Assembly: GCA_041479905.1 (NCBI GenBank)
Contig: JBGOYY010000003.1
Coordinates: 16,516-80,515 of the forward strand
Length of the DNA stretch: 64,000 nt
Direction: 5' to 3'
Origin: Candidatus Aminicenantia bacterium
Lineage (GTDB): Bacteria; Acidobacteriota; Aminicenantia; Aminicenantales; Saccharicenantaceae
Within the stretch, counting starts at the first letter, position 1. Every line of letters starts with the position of its first letter. The notes under the pieces were generated by a model that searched no databases, was not told the origin of the DNA, and worked only from the letters and a program-made list of their open reading frames with translations. Below are positions 40,405-49,187 of this stretch, in pieces. Made by a program: the position numbers and the translations under genes.

Positions 40405-41427
40405 ATGTTTTTCAGGGAGGGAACTCGCTTGCGCGCAGGGCGAAAATTCGGTTCGTTCGTTCTTGCCCTGGCCTTGTGGGGCGTTTCCCTTGCCGGTCAG
40501 GCAGGTCTCGGAAAGGGCCGTTTGACCGGTTTCGTTAAAAATGAGGATGGGCGTCCCATTGCTTCAGCAAAGGTTGTTCTCCGATTCTTGGAATCAGAAA
40601 AGCTCAGCAGCAGAGGAAATGTGACCAGGGCCACGAGCAGGGAATCGGCGGTATTCGAGACCAAGGCCAACAAGAAAGGGAGTTGGAATTACAACGGCCT
40701 AGCCGCGGGAACATGGGAGATTACGGCCTCCGCGGAGGGATTCCATTCGGCCAGCCGGGAGTGCAGGATCTATCAGCTCCAGGACAACCCTAGAGTGGAA
40801 TTGGTCCTGGAGGAGCTGGAGCAAGGCACGAACACCCTGGCGCCCGGTCTTCTTGAAAGAGCCGATGGCCTGGCCATCCTGCAAAAATACGACGAAGCGA
40901 TGGCCCTCTACAGGCAATATCTCGAACAGGACCCCGAAGCCGTCATGGTGATGCTCGCGATCGCCGATTGCTTGATGGAGAAGGGCGACCTGGAAGAAGC
41001 CGTCAAGCATTATCAGATTTTTGTCGATAAAACCTCGGCAGATCCCCGCGATAAGGCGCTGACGGCCCGGGCCATGGCCCGAATGGGAGAATGCTTCTTG
41101 AAACAGGGCGATCGGCTATCTGCCGTCAAGTATTGGAAGGCTTCGGTCGTCCTGTCCCCAATCGACGCAGAAGTACCTTTCAATTTGGGAGAGGTCCTTT
41201 TCGCCGAACGAAATCTGGAGGAGGCGGCCCGATATTATCGGATCTCGGCCGAGATCTCACCGGGCTGGGGTGAGCCCCATTACAAGCTTGGGCTCATCTC
41301 CATGAGCCAGGAAAATTACGACCTGGCCAGAAAATCCTTCCAAAAGCTTATTGAGATCGAACCATACTCGGCGCTCGCCGATAAGGCAAAGGGGATCATC
41401 AAGGAGCTCGACAGGCTCAAGAAGTAG
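40405..41427 (+). CDS. secreted protein with a carboxypeptidase-regulatory-like domain and TPR repeats
   Basis: Signal peptide FVLALALWGVSLAGQA. The GRLTGFVKNEDGRPIASAKVVL beta-sandwich start is followed by several TPR-like repeats. An alternative TTG start lies at 40429. Confidence 0.7.
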   Translation: MFFREGTRLRAGRKFGSFVLALALWGVSLAGQAGLGKGRLTGFVKNEDGRPIASAKVVLRFLESEKLSSRGNVTRATSRESAVFETKANKKGSWNYNGLAAGTWEITASAEGFHSASRECRIYQLQDNPRVELVLEELEQGTNTLAPGLLERADGLAILQKYDEAMALYRQYLEQDPEAVMVMLAIADCLMEKGDLEEAVKHYQIFVDKTSADPRDKALTARAMARMGECFLKQGDRLSAVKYWKASVVLSPIDAEVPFNLGEVLFAERNLEEAARYYRISAEISPGWGEPHYKLGLISMSQENYDLARKSFQKLIEIEPYSALADKAKGIIKELDRLKK

Positions 41428-41483
41428 GACTCCCAGTTGATTTCAGGCCGCTCCCCTGTTATCTTTCGCCACAAAATCCGGTC

Positions 41484-41900
41484 ATGACGCATCGGCGTGA
41501 ATGGAGGATCAAAGGTATCATCCGGGCCGCCTACGAGTCGGGCCTGAACTACTTCGACACGGCCGAGGAGTACCCGGGTCACCATCGTGTCCTGGCCAAG
41601 GTCATTAAAGACATGGACCGCAAGAAGGTCTTCATCGCGACCAAGCTCGAGGCCACCAAAGGCGAAACCAAAGAGGGCTTCCTCAAGAGGGCCCGCAAGG
41701 CCCTGGAGGAACTCCAGACCGAATACATCGACTGCCTGATGATGCACTGCCCGGAGAAGGCCGAGACGCTCGCGGACATCCCCGGCGTCCGGGCCGACGT
41801 CTGCCGCGACTGCGGCGCTCCCTGCGAAGCTGCCTGCCCCTACGGCGTCCCGGTCCAGGGCATGCTCCTCGTCGCCCACGATACCCTCTCCATGCCCTGA
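41484..41900 (+). pseudogene. aldo/keto reductase (Fe-S C-terminal type) remnant
   Basis: IRAAYESGLNYFDTAEEY...IDCLMMH matches AKR N-terminal blocks. It joins directly to a CxxCxxxCxxxCP Fe-S tail. About 35 N-terminal residues and roughly 150-180 central residues of typical family members are absent. Confidence 0.5.
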
Positions 41901-41993
41901 TCGCACGCGTCCGTCAGTCCGGTTCGGACTTTCCTTGACAGTCCCGGGCCCGGGTGATAGAAAGACCTCTTCGATCTTCCGCAGGAGGTCTCC

Positions 41994-44624
41994 ATGAATA
42001 AATCTCCGATCATGACCCGGACGCTGCTCGTCCTGACTCTCGTCTTCCTGGCCGTCGGCCGACTCGCGGCCCAGACGCCGCCGGACAAGTTCCTCGGCCA
42101 CAAGGTCGGCGAGGACCGCAAGCTTGCCGATTACTCCCAGATCAAGGCCTACTTCGAGAAGCTGGCCCAGGAATCCCCGAAGATCAAGCTCTTCACGATC
42201 GGCGAGTCGGTGCTCAAGAAGCCCATGATCATGGCCGCCATATCGACCCCCGAGAACCTGGCCAAGCTCGACCGCTGGCGGGAGATCACCCACAAGCTCC
42301 GCGACCCGCGCGTGACGCCCGTCGAGGAGGCCCGCAAGCTGGCCAAAGAAGGCAAGGCCATCGTCCTCATCACCTGTTCCCTCCACGCGACGGAGATCGC
42401 CGCCTCCCAGATGTCGATGGAGCTCGCCTACGACCTCGTCACCGGCCGGACCTTCTTCGACGCCGGAAAGATCCTCAACGACGTCATCGTCCTCCTCGTC
42501 CCGAGCCATAACCCGGACGGCAACCAGATGGTCGTCGATTGGTACCGGAAATACGTCGGCACCCAGTACGAGGGCGGCAACATGCCCTGGCTCTACCATC
42601 ATTACGCCGGGCACGACAATAACCGCGACTGGTACATGTTCAACCTGCCCGAGACAAGGGCCGTGACCAAGGTCCTCTACCACGACTGGCTGCCCCAGAT
42701 CCACGTCGACGAGCACCAGCAGGGCAGTAACGGCGCCCGGCTCTTCATCCCGCCGTTCATGGACCCGCCCCTGCCCAACATCCAACCCATGGTCTGGCGG
42801 GGCGTCAACCTCATCGGGACGGAGATGGGCTACGACCTCCAGAAGCACGGTTACAGCGGCGTCGTCAACGGACGGTCCTATACGGCCTGGTGGATCGGCG
42901 CCTGCGACGACACGTCCTGGCTCCACAACGTCATGGGCATCCTCAGCGAGGCGGCCTCGGTCCGCGTCGCCAGCCCCATCTCCATCGAGCCCACCGAAAT
43001 CCCGACGAGCTACTACGAGAAGCGGATGGACTTCGTCGATCCCTGGCCGGGCGGCTGGTGGCGGCTCCGCGACATCGTCGACTACGAACTCGTCCTGTCG
43101 AAGAGCATGATCAAGACGGCCGGCCTCCACAAGGAGGACCTCCTCTTCAACTTCTACCAGATGTACAAGAACTCCATCGAGAAGGTGGACAAGGGCCAGC
43201 CCTACGCCTTCGTCATCCCGGCCCTCCAGCGGGACACGCCGACGACGCTCAAGATGCTCGAGGTCCTGCAGATGGGCGGCGTCGAGGTCCATCAGGCCAA
43301 GGCCGACTTCGTCGCCGGAGAAAGGCTCTACGGCGCCGGCTCGTTCGTCGTCAAGACCGCCCAGCCCTACAAGACCTACGCCTGGGCGCTTCTTGAAAAA
43401 CAGAAGTACCCCGACATGAGGCAGTACCCCGGCGGCCCGCCTGTCCCCCCTTACGACAACGCCGCCTGGACTCTGCCCCTCCAGATGGGCGTCGCCTGCG
43501 ACGAGGTCGACGAGGCCTTCGAGGCCAAGCTCGAAAAGCTCGACAAGGTCCCCTACCCCAAGGCCCCTGCGAAACAGGGCCAGGGCGCCTACGTCCTCCT
43601 GAACTCCCAGGTCAACGCGTCCTACGCGGCCGCCTTCGCCCTGCTCAAAGACAAGGCGGAGATGTGGCGCACGACAGCGACGGTGAAATTGAAGGGCGCC
43701 GACGTTCCGGCCGGGAGCTTCATCGTCAAGAACTCGGCCGAGGTCGGGAAGTCCCTGCCGGCGCTTCTCGATAAACTCCACCTGACCGTCCTCGACCTCG
43801 ACGACGTCGCCGCCCTGCCGAAGGCGTCCCTCAAGTCACCGCGTATCGGGCTTTTCCAGTCCTGGCGGGGCAATGCTGACGAGGGTTGGACGCGCTACGT
43901 TTTCGACGACATGGGCATCCTCTTCAAGACCCTGCACAACGACGACATCAAGGGAACGAAAGACAAGAAGGCCGACCTGCGGGCCGACTACGACGTCATC
44001 GTCTTCGCCGACGAGAATATCAACACCATCAAGGGCACCCGGCCCGGCGCGACGCCCGGCGCGGGCGGCGCCGAGTCGCCCATGGCCCGGATGTTCCGTC
44101 AAGGCGCCGTGCCTCCCGAGTACGAGGGGGGGATCGGACAGGAAGGCGTCGACGCCCTCAAGGCCTTCGTCGAGAAGGGCGGCATCCTGGTCGCTCTCAA
44201 CGGCGCATCGGAGTTCGCCATCGCCGAATTCGGCGCGCCGGCGCGCAACACCCTGACCGGCATCGACCGGACGAAGTTCTTCTGCCCGACCTCGATCCTC
44301 AGGATCCTCGTCGACAACGAGACGCCCATCGGCTACGGCATGCCCAAGGAGGCCGCGGCCATGTTCGTCAACAGCCTGGCCCTGGACACATTCTCGCCGC
44401 CCTTCGATTGGAACCGCAAGGTCGTTGCCGCCTATCCCGAGGACGAGGTCCTGCTCAGCGGCTGGCTCTTAGGCGAGGAGTACCTGACCCGCAAGGCCGC
44501 CGTCGTCGATACGAAATGGAAGGCCGGCCGGATCATCCTCATCGGGATCAGGTGTCAGAACCGGGCCCAGGCCCACGGAACGTACAAGTTCCTCTTGAAC
44601 GCCCTGCTCTATCCGGAGATGTGA
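41994..44624 (+). CDS. M14 family zinc carboxypeptidase-like protein, secreted, large
   Basis: Signal peptide. HATE zinc-ligand motif and SHNPDGN. GGAGG upstream of the ATG. Confidence 0.75.
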   Translation: MNKSPIMTRTLLVLTLVFLAVGRLAAQTPPDKFLGHKVGEDRKLADYSQIKAYFEKLAQESPKIKLFTIGESVLKKPMIMAAISTPENLAKLDRWREITHKLRDPRVTPVEEARKLAKEGKAIVLITCSLHATEIAASQMSMELAYDLVTGRTFFDAGKILNDVIVLLVPSHNPDGNQMVVDWYRKYVGTQYEGGNMPWLYHHYAGHDNNRDWYMFNLPETRAVTKVLYHDWLPQIHVDEHQQGSNGARLFIPPFMDPPLPNIQPMVWRGVNLIGTEMGYDLQKHGYSGVVNGRSYTAWWIGACDDTSWLHNVMGILSEAASVRVASPISIEPTEIPTSYYEKRMDFVDPWPGGWWRLRDIVDYELVLSKSMIKTAGLHKEDLLFNFYQMYKNSIEKVDKGQPYAFVIPALQRDTPTTLKMLEVLQMGGVEVHQAKADFVAGERLYGAGSFVVKTAQPYKTYAWALLEKQKYPDMRQYPGGPPVPPYDNAAWTLPLQMGVACDEVDEAFEAKLEKLDKVPYPKAPAKQGQGAYVLLNSQVNASYAAAFALLKDKAEMWRTTATVKLKGADVPAGSFIVKNSAEVGKSLPALLDKLHLTVLDLDDVAALPKASLKSPRIGLFQSWRGNADEGWTRYVFDDMGILFKTLHNDDIKGTKDKKADLRADYDVIVFADENINTIKGTRPGATPGAGGAESPMARMFRQGAVPPEYEGGIGQEGVDALKAFVEKGGILVALNGASEFAIAEFGAPARNTLTGIDRTKFFCPTSILRILVDNETPIGYGMPKEAAAMFVNSLALDTFSPPFDWNRKVVAAYPEDEVLLSGWLLGEEYLTRKAAVVDTKWKAGRIILIGIRCQNRAQAHGTYKFLLNALLYPEM

Positions 44625-46975
44625 GCGGGCTTCAAAAGGAGTCGCTCTCCCGGCCGCATGTCGGCTTCGATGACTGGGCCGGTGTCACGCACGGCGTCTG
44701 CCGTAAGGCCTGAGGCCTTGTAGGCTCCGCCCGGGAACGGGTTTTCGAGCTTGAGCCGGCCGCCTTTCTCCGATGTCACCCGGACCTCGACGACTTTCCC
44801 GGCTTTCATCTTCGCCGAGACGAGGAACGCGCCCTGGGCCCGGAGGGAGTCGAAAGAGGCGTCCTGCCACGCCCGCGGGACGGCGGGAAAGACGCGGACG
44901 ACGCCCGAGTGGCTCTGGAGGAGCATCTCCTGGACCGCCGCCGCGAAGGCGAAGTTCCCTTCGAGCGTGAACGGGCGATAGGTCATCTTCGATTTGCCGC
45001 TCTTCGACTGGTCGCCGTTCACGTGGAAGCTGTTCGGCAAACAGAAGCAATCGGCGAATGTCCGGAGCGCCGCGGCCGCTTTGTCCCCGTCCATGGCCCT
45101 CGCCGCCATGTTGCCGAGCCAGCTGTAGGAATAGCCGCACCACCCGTCGGGGCCGAGGCGGTCGAGCTCGGACAGGGCGGCGCGAATCGTCCTCCGGCCC
45201 GCCTCTCCCCCGCTCCAGTCGACGAGACCCAGCGGATGAATGGCCATGAGGTGGGAGAAATGGCGGTGGGATTCCTTGAGCGGATAGCCCGGCGCGACGA
45301 GCAAGCGGCCGTCGTCCTCGGCCAGCGCCAGCTCCGGCCACTCGCCGAGGATCCCCAGCCAGAGCGTCTTCTCTTCGGTGAGCCCCAATTCGCCGGCCAG
45401 CTCGGCCGCGGCCCCGAAGAGCCAGCGGACGAGGGCCAGGTCGAAATTCGTCGTCTCCGCGAACCAGGCGTCGATGCGGTTGTCGTTGATCTCAGGGCTC
45501 GAGCTCAGCGGGAGCTTCCGTTTCCCATCCGCCCGTCGCTCGGAGAGTCGGTCGAGGAACACGGCCACGGCCTTGAGATAAGGATAAGCCCGTTCTTCGA
45601 GAAACGCCCGATCGCCGCTGAATCGCCAGTGGAGATAGAAATGGTGGGCCAGCCAGGCCGAGACCGTCGGCCCGAGCGAGTACTGGATCCAACCGCCCAT
45701 GGGCGAGCCGTCGAGCGTGGCGACGCCGGGGACGTTGAGGCCCTCGACGCCGAAATAGAGCTTCGTGAATTCTTCGCAACGGGGCTTGATCGCCCACAGC
45801 CAGTCCAGGAAAGCTAATCCTTCGTCCAGCCGGTTGCCGCTGTAGCACGGCCAATAGCTGAGCTGGGTGTTGAGGTCGTTGTGGAAGTCTCCTTTCCAGG
45901 GCGGGAGACTGCCGTCGTCGGCCGTCCAGACGGCCTGGAGGGTGATCGGCGGCGCGCCCCGGCGGGAGGCGGCCCCGAACTTGTAGGTTTCGAGATACCA
46001 CTGTTTCTCGAGCACCGGGTCGGGGAGCCTGATCGTCGACTTGGCCCAGTATTCCTTCCACCAGGCCTCGTGGGATTCGAGGTCGCGCAGGAGCGATCGC
46101 TTGAGCGCTTCGGCGGCGGATTGGGGGGCGAACTGGGACGCACCGAATCCCCCCGTCAACGCTCCTTCCTTCTCCGGATAGAGAGAACTGATGCTCCAGA
46201 CTCCGGTAAGAGTGCCGGCCGAAGGCCGTTCCCATTCTACGGCGACCTCGTAGCTCATCCCGCCCCAGCCCTCCTGATGGTAGCGGACCGACGTGATATC
46301 ACGGGCCAGTTCGGGGGCCGGATAGCCGAGGCTGGCCAAGGTTTTTCCGGTCAGCGAGTTTTTTTCGGCATCCGACGCCGGGACCGGGGCCGCATAAGCG
46401 GGGGGGACCAGCCGGGGCATCAAGGCCGCTGGCAGGCCTTCGAACGTGAACCAGCCCACGGGCTCGGTCGCATGGACGAAGGCCGTCAGCCTGGCCCCGT
46501 TTTTCCATCTCACCCGGCAGACGGCCTCGGCGACGGAGAGCCGCACGGACTCGATCTCTCCAAGCGCCGAAATGTCGAACTCCAAGGCCGCGGCCGGGAC
46601 CTTGGTCGGGGCCGGGTCACGGTCGTAGGGGATGTCGCCCATCCTATGGACCGGTTCGAAATCCTTTTTCAAGACCTGTTTCCGGACCCAGGCGAAACGG
46701 AATTCGGGGCCTGCGAATTCGGCCACGGGACGGAGGTCCCAGAGGTCGGCCCGGTCGAGGGACATCCGGAGAGAATCCCCTTTCTTCCAGACGAGGGCCC
46801 CGATCAAACCATTCCCCAGCGGGATGCCTTCGTCCCATGTCCCGGCCAGGGACTTGAAGACGAGGTCGTGGCGAAAGTCCGGGAGCGGGGTTTTCCCGGC
46901 GGGGGGGGCGCAGGCCGCGGCCAGGAATAGCGCCGGGAAAAGAAGGGCGTAACCCATTTTTGTTTTTCTTTTCAT
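44609..46975 (-). CDS. GH95-like glycoside hydrolase (alpha-L-fucosidase-like), lipoprotein
   Basis: Lipobox LAAAC. N-terminal GIPLGNGLIGALVW and the central FHNDLNTQLSYWP block are typical of the GH95 fold. Confidence 0.6.
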   Translation of the reverse strand: MKRKTKMGYALLFPALFLAAACAPPAGKTPLPDFRHDLVFKSLAGTWDEGIPLGNGLIGALVWKKGDSLRMSLDRADLWDLRPVAEFAGPEFRFAWVRKQVLKKDFEPVHRMGDIPYDRDPAPTKVPAAALEFDISALGEIESVRLSVAEAVCRVRWKNGARLTAFVHATEPVGWFTFEGLPAALMPRLVPPAYAAPVPASDAEKNSLTGKTLASLGYPAPELARDITSVRYHQEGWGGMSYEVAVEWERPSAGTLTGVWSISSLYPEKEGALTGGFGASQFAPQSAAEALKRSLLRDLESHEAWWKEYWAKSTIRLPDPVLEKQWYLETYKFGAASRRGAPPITLQAVWTADDGSLPPWKGDFHNDLNTQLSYWPCYSGNRLDEGLAFLDWLWAIKPRCEEFTKLYFGVEGLNVPGVATLDGSPMGGWIQYSLGPTVSAWLAHHFYLHWRFSGDRAFLEERAYPYLKAVAVFLDRLSERRADGKRKLPLSSSPEINDNRIDAWFAETTNFDLALVRWLFGAAAELAGELGLTEEKTLWLGILGEWPELALAEDDGRLLVAPGYPLKESHRHFSHLMAIHPLGLVDWSGGEAGRRTIRAALSELDRLGPDGWCGYSYSWLGNMAARAMDGDKAAAALRTFADCFCLPNSFHVNGDQSKSGKSKMTYRPFTLEGNFAFAAAVQEMLLQSHSGVVRVFPAVPRAWQDASFDSLRAQGAFLVSAKMKAGKVVEVRVTSEKGGRLKLENPFPGGAYKASGLTADAVRDTGPVIEADMRPGERLLLKPAHISG

Positions 46976-47032
46976 GACTATCGCCTTCAGCACGAACGGT
47001 CCGTCGGTCGGCATTGCCGGCCGGGGTCGTCC

Positions 47033-48259
47033 CTATTCCGTCAGGCCGGCGACGAAACCCGAGGCCCAAGCCCAGGCGAGGTTGTAGCCGCCACGGCCGC
47101 CCTGGACGTCGAGGACCTCGCCGGCGAAATAAAGGCCTCGCCGGAGCTTCGATTCGAGGTTCCGCGGCTTGACCTCGCGGGCGTCCACCCCCCCGGATGT
47201 GAACTCGGCTTCGTTCCAGCCGCGCGTCCCCAGGACGGCGAACTTCTTGGACTTGAGCGCCGCGGCCAGCCTTCGGCCCGCTTCTCCATGGCTCATATTT
47301 CCGGCCGAGGCACCGGCATCTTCGAGGAATTGCGGCATGACCAGGGCGAATTTTTCAGGCAGGAGCCCCGCCCCGAGGTCCTTCGCCGACCACCCGGCTT
47401 CCATTCTTCTCGATAATTCGGCGGCCAGGTCCTCCTCGGACATGAACGGGACGAGGTCGACGATGACGGAGGCGTCTTTTTTGCCGTTCCGGTTGACGGC
47501 GATGGAGAGACTTTCACTGACGTCGAGCGCCGCGGTCCCCGAGAGCCCGTAGTGGGCGAAGAGAAGCTCGCCCTCGGTTTTCTGCCCGGCTTGGCCGGCG
47601 ACCAGGCTGACGGCGCGGACCATGAGCTTCTGCCCCTGGAGGGCATGACACATCGGGTCCTTGACCAGCAAGGGCACGGCGCTCGGCACCGGAGGCACGA
47701 CATGATGCCCGAACCTCCCGGCCAGCGCATAACAGCTTCCGTTAGCGCCGAGAGCAGGGTAGGATTTGCCGCCGCCCGCCAGGATGACGGCCCGGGCCTC
47801 GACCGTCCGGCCGGCCGCGGAAGCGACCGAAAAGCCGCTCGACGATGCGGTGATGTCCGCCGCTTCGAAATCCGCCTTAACTGAAATGCCGAGCCGTCCG
47901 ATCTCGAGTTCCAGGACCTTGAGGATCGAGGCGGCCTGGTTCGTCGCCGGGTAGACACGGCCGTCTTCTTCCGTCCGCAGCCGAAGGCCGAGGCCTTCGA
48001 AGAAAGCGCGGATCTCCGCCGCACCGAACCTGTCGAGGACGGATGCGACGAGGCCGAGGTCGGACGAAGTGAAAGCCGAGGCGGCCAGGTTTTCGTTGAG
48101 GAGATTGCCGCGGCCGCCGCCTGTAGCCAGGAGCTTCTTTCCCGTCCGCGGCAGGCGTTCGAGGACGGCGACGGAAGCCCCCCGCCGCGCTCCGCTCGCG
48201 GCGGCGACAAGGCCCGCCGCGCCGCCGCCGACGACGGCGATGTCGAAACGTTCAGGCAT
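47033..48259 (-). CDS. HI0933/BaiN-like NAD(P)/FAD-dependent oxidoreductase
   Basis: DIAVVGGGAAGL dinucleotide motif, GKKLLATGGGRGN, and C-terminal YFAGEVLDVQGGRGGYNLAWAWASG. Confidence 0.85.
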   Translation of the reverse strand: MPERFDIAVVGGGAAGLVAAASGARRGASVAVLERLPRTGKKLLATGGGRGNLLNENLAASAFTSSDLGLVASVLDRFGAAEIRAFFEGLGLRLRTEEDGRVYPATNQAASILKVLELEIGRLGISVKADFEAADITASSSGFSVASAAGRTVEARAVILAGGGKSYPALGANGSCYALAGRFGHHVVPPVPSAVPLLVKDPMCHALQGQKLMVRAVSLVAGQAGQKTEGELLFAHYGLSGTAALDVSESLSIAVNRNGKKDASVIVDLVPFMSEEDLAAELSRRMEAGWSAKDLGAGLLPEKFALVMPQFLEDAGASAGNMSHGEAGRRLAAALKSKKFAVLGTRGWNEAEFTSGGVDAREVKPRNLESKLRRGLYFAGEVLDVQGGRGGYNLAWAWASGFVAGLTE

Positions 48260-48325
48260 GGGACAAGCTTAACTCATTGCACCGGGGCCGGTAAAGGGAC
48301 CTCTAAAAATGTCCGGGCGGCCGGC

Positions 48326-48709
48326 TCAGGCCCCGAGGAGCGCGCAGGCCCGCTCGATGTCCGAAACGTCCATGACGACCGTGACCTGGCTGCCCTTGCG
48401 GGCCAGCGTTCCGTAGCAGTATTCGATGTTGATCCCTTCGTCCCCGAGCTTGGTCGTCATCTCGGCCAGGGCGCCGGGCCTGTTCTCGAGGTCGATCTTG
48501 AGCACGTCGCGAAGCTCCGTCGTGTAGTTGAGCTTCGCCAGGAGCTTGACGGCCTTGTTGAGGTTCTGGACGCAGAGCTTGGCGGTGTCGTGGAACACGC
48601 CGATTGCGTCGATGTTGATCTCGTTCTCGGCCAGGTAACTGCACAAGTCACCAAGTTGGGACGGCTTGTTATCCAGGATGACGTAGATTTCGGTGATCCG
48701 TTCGATCAT
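48326..48709 (-). CDS. ACT domain protein (tandem ACT)
   Basis: Two beta-alpha-beta-beta-alpha-beta units (VILDNKPSQLGDL... and LENRPGALAEM...). Confidence 0.75.
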   Translation of the reverse strand: MIERITEIYVILDNKPSQLGDLCSYLAENEINIDAIGVFHDTAKLCVQNLNKAVKLLAKLNYTTELRDVLKIDLENRPGALAEMTTKLGDEGINIEYCYGTLARKGSQVTVVMDVSDIERACALLGA

Positions 48710-48861
48710 GCGTGACCCCCTAATCGTCCAGGATTTTCTTACCCCTATTCTGTATTAATATCATGAACTTCCCTGCAACGCAAACCAACGATCCATCGTC
48801 CACTTCGCGCAGGAATGTTCCCAGAGGAGGCCGCTGAATTAGGGGGCCGAGGGGCGTCGTC

Positions 48862-48936
48862 GGAGGGAGCGGCGGGGAGCGGAGTCTTCGTAGCGACCAG
48901 CAGAATTGTGGCGGAGTACCCGAAGCTACAATTCTG
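48862..48936 (+). repeat. 75-nt structured element, copy 1 (GGAGCGG boxes plus hairpin)
   Basis: GGAGGGAGCGGCGGGGAGCGGAG...CAGAATTGT-[GGCGGAGTACCCGAAGCT]-ACAATTCTG. About 76% identical to the reverse complement of 48987-49061. Confidence 0.8.
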
Positions 48937-48986
48937 GTAAATATCTGAAAAGAAATTTCTTTCCTGGGCTTGCTTAAGATGTTTCC

Positions 48987-49061
48987 TAGAAGTGCGGCTC
49001 CGGGTACTCCGCCGCACTTCTATCGGTCGCTCCCCAGAGTCCGCTCCCTGCCGCTCCTCCC
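48987..49061 (-). repeat. 75-nt structured element, copy 2 (inverted orientation)
   Basis: The minus strand reads GGGAGGAGCGGCAGGGAGCGGAC...TAGAAGTGCGG-[CGGAGTACCCGGAG]-CCGCACTTCTA. Confidence 0.8.
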
Positions 49062-49187
49062 ATCGAATCCGGCCCGGGAAGGCGTAAGAAATCACCGCAG
49101 CGGACAGAGACGATGCCCGAGGCCCCTCTGCGGCCGACGGCGGGAACACCCTGAGCGGAAAAGGGTGGACGATGGCCGGTCTGGGAG

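Noticed and set aside
41561-41571. 11-nt match (GGAGTACCCGG) between the AKR remnant and the loop of the 75-nt element, copy 2.
   Set aside because: It is short enough to arise by chance in GC-rich sequence and there is no flanking similarity.
48745-49149. 134-aa minus-strand ORF and the 48970-49437 plus-strand ORF covering the inverted 75-nt elements.
   Set aside because: No recognisable protein features. The ORFs span an inverted repeat, so they partly encode mirror-image peptides. The nucleotide-level hairpin covariation explains the conservation better.
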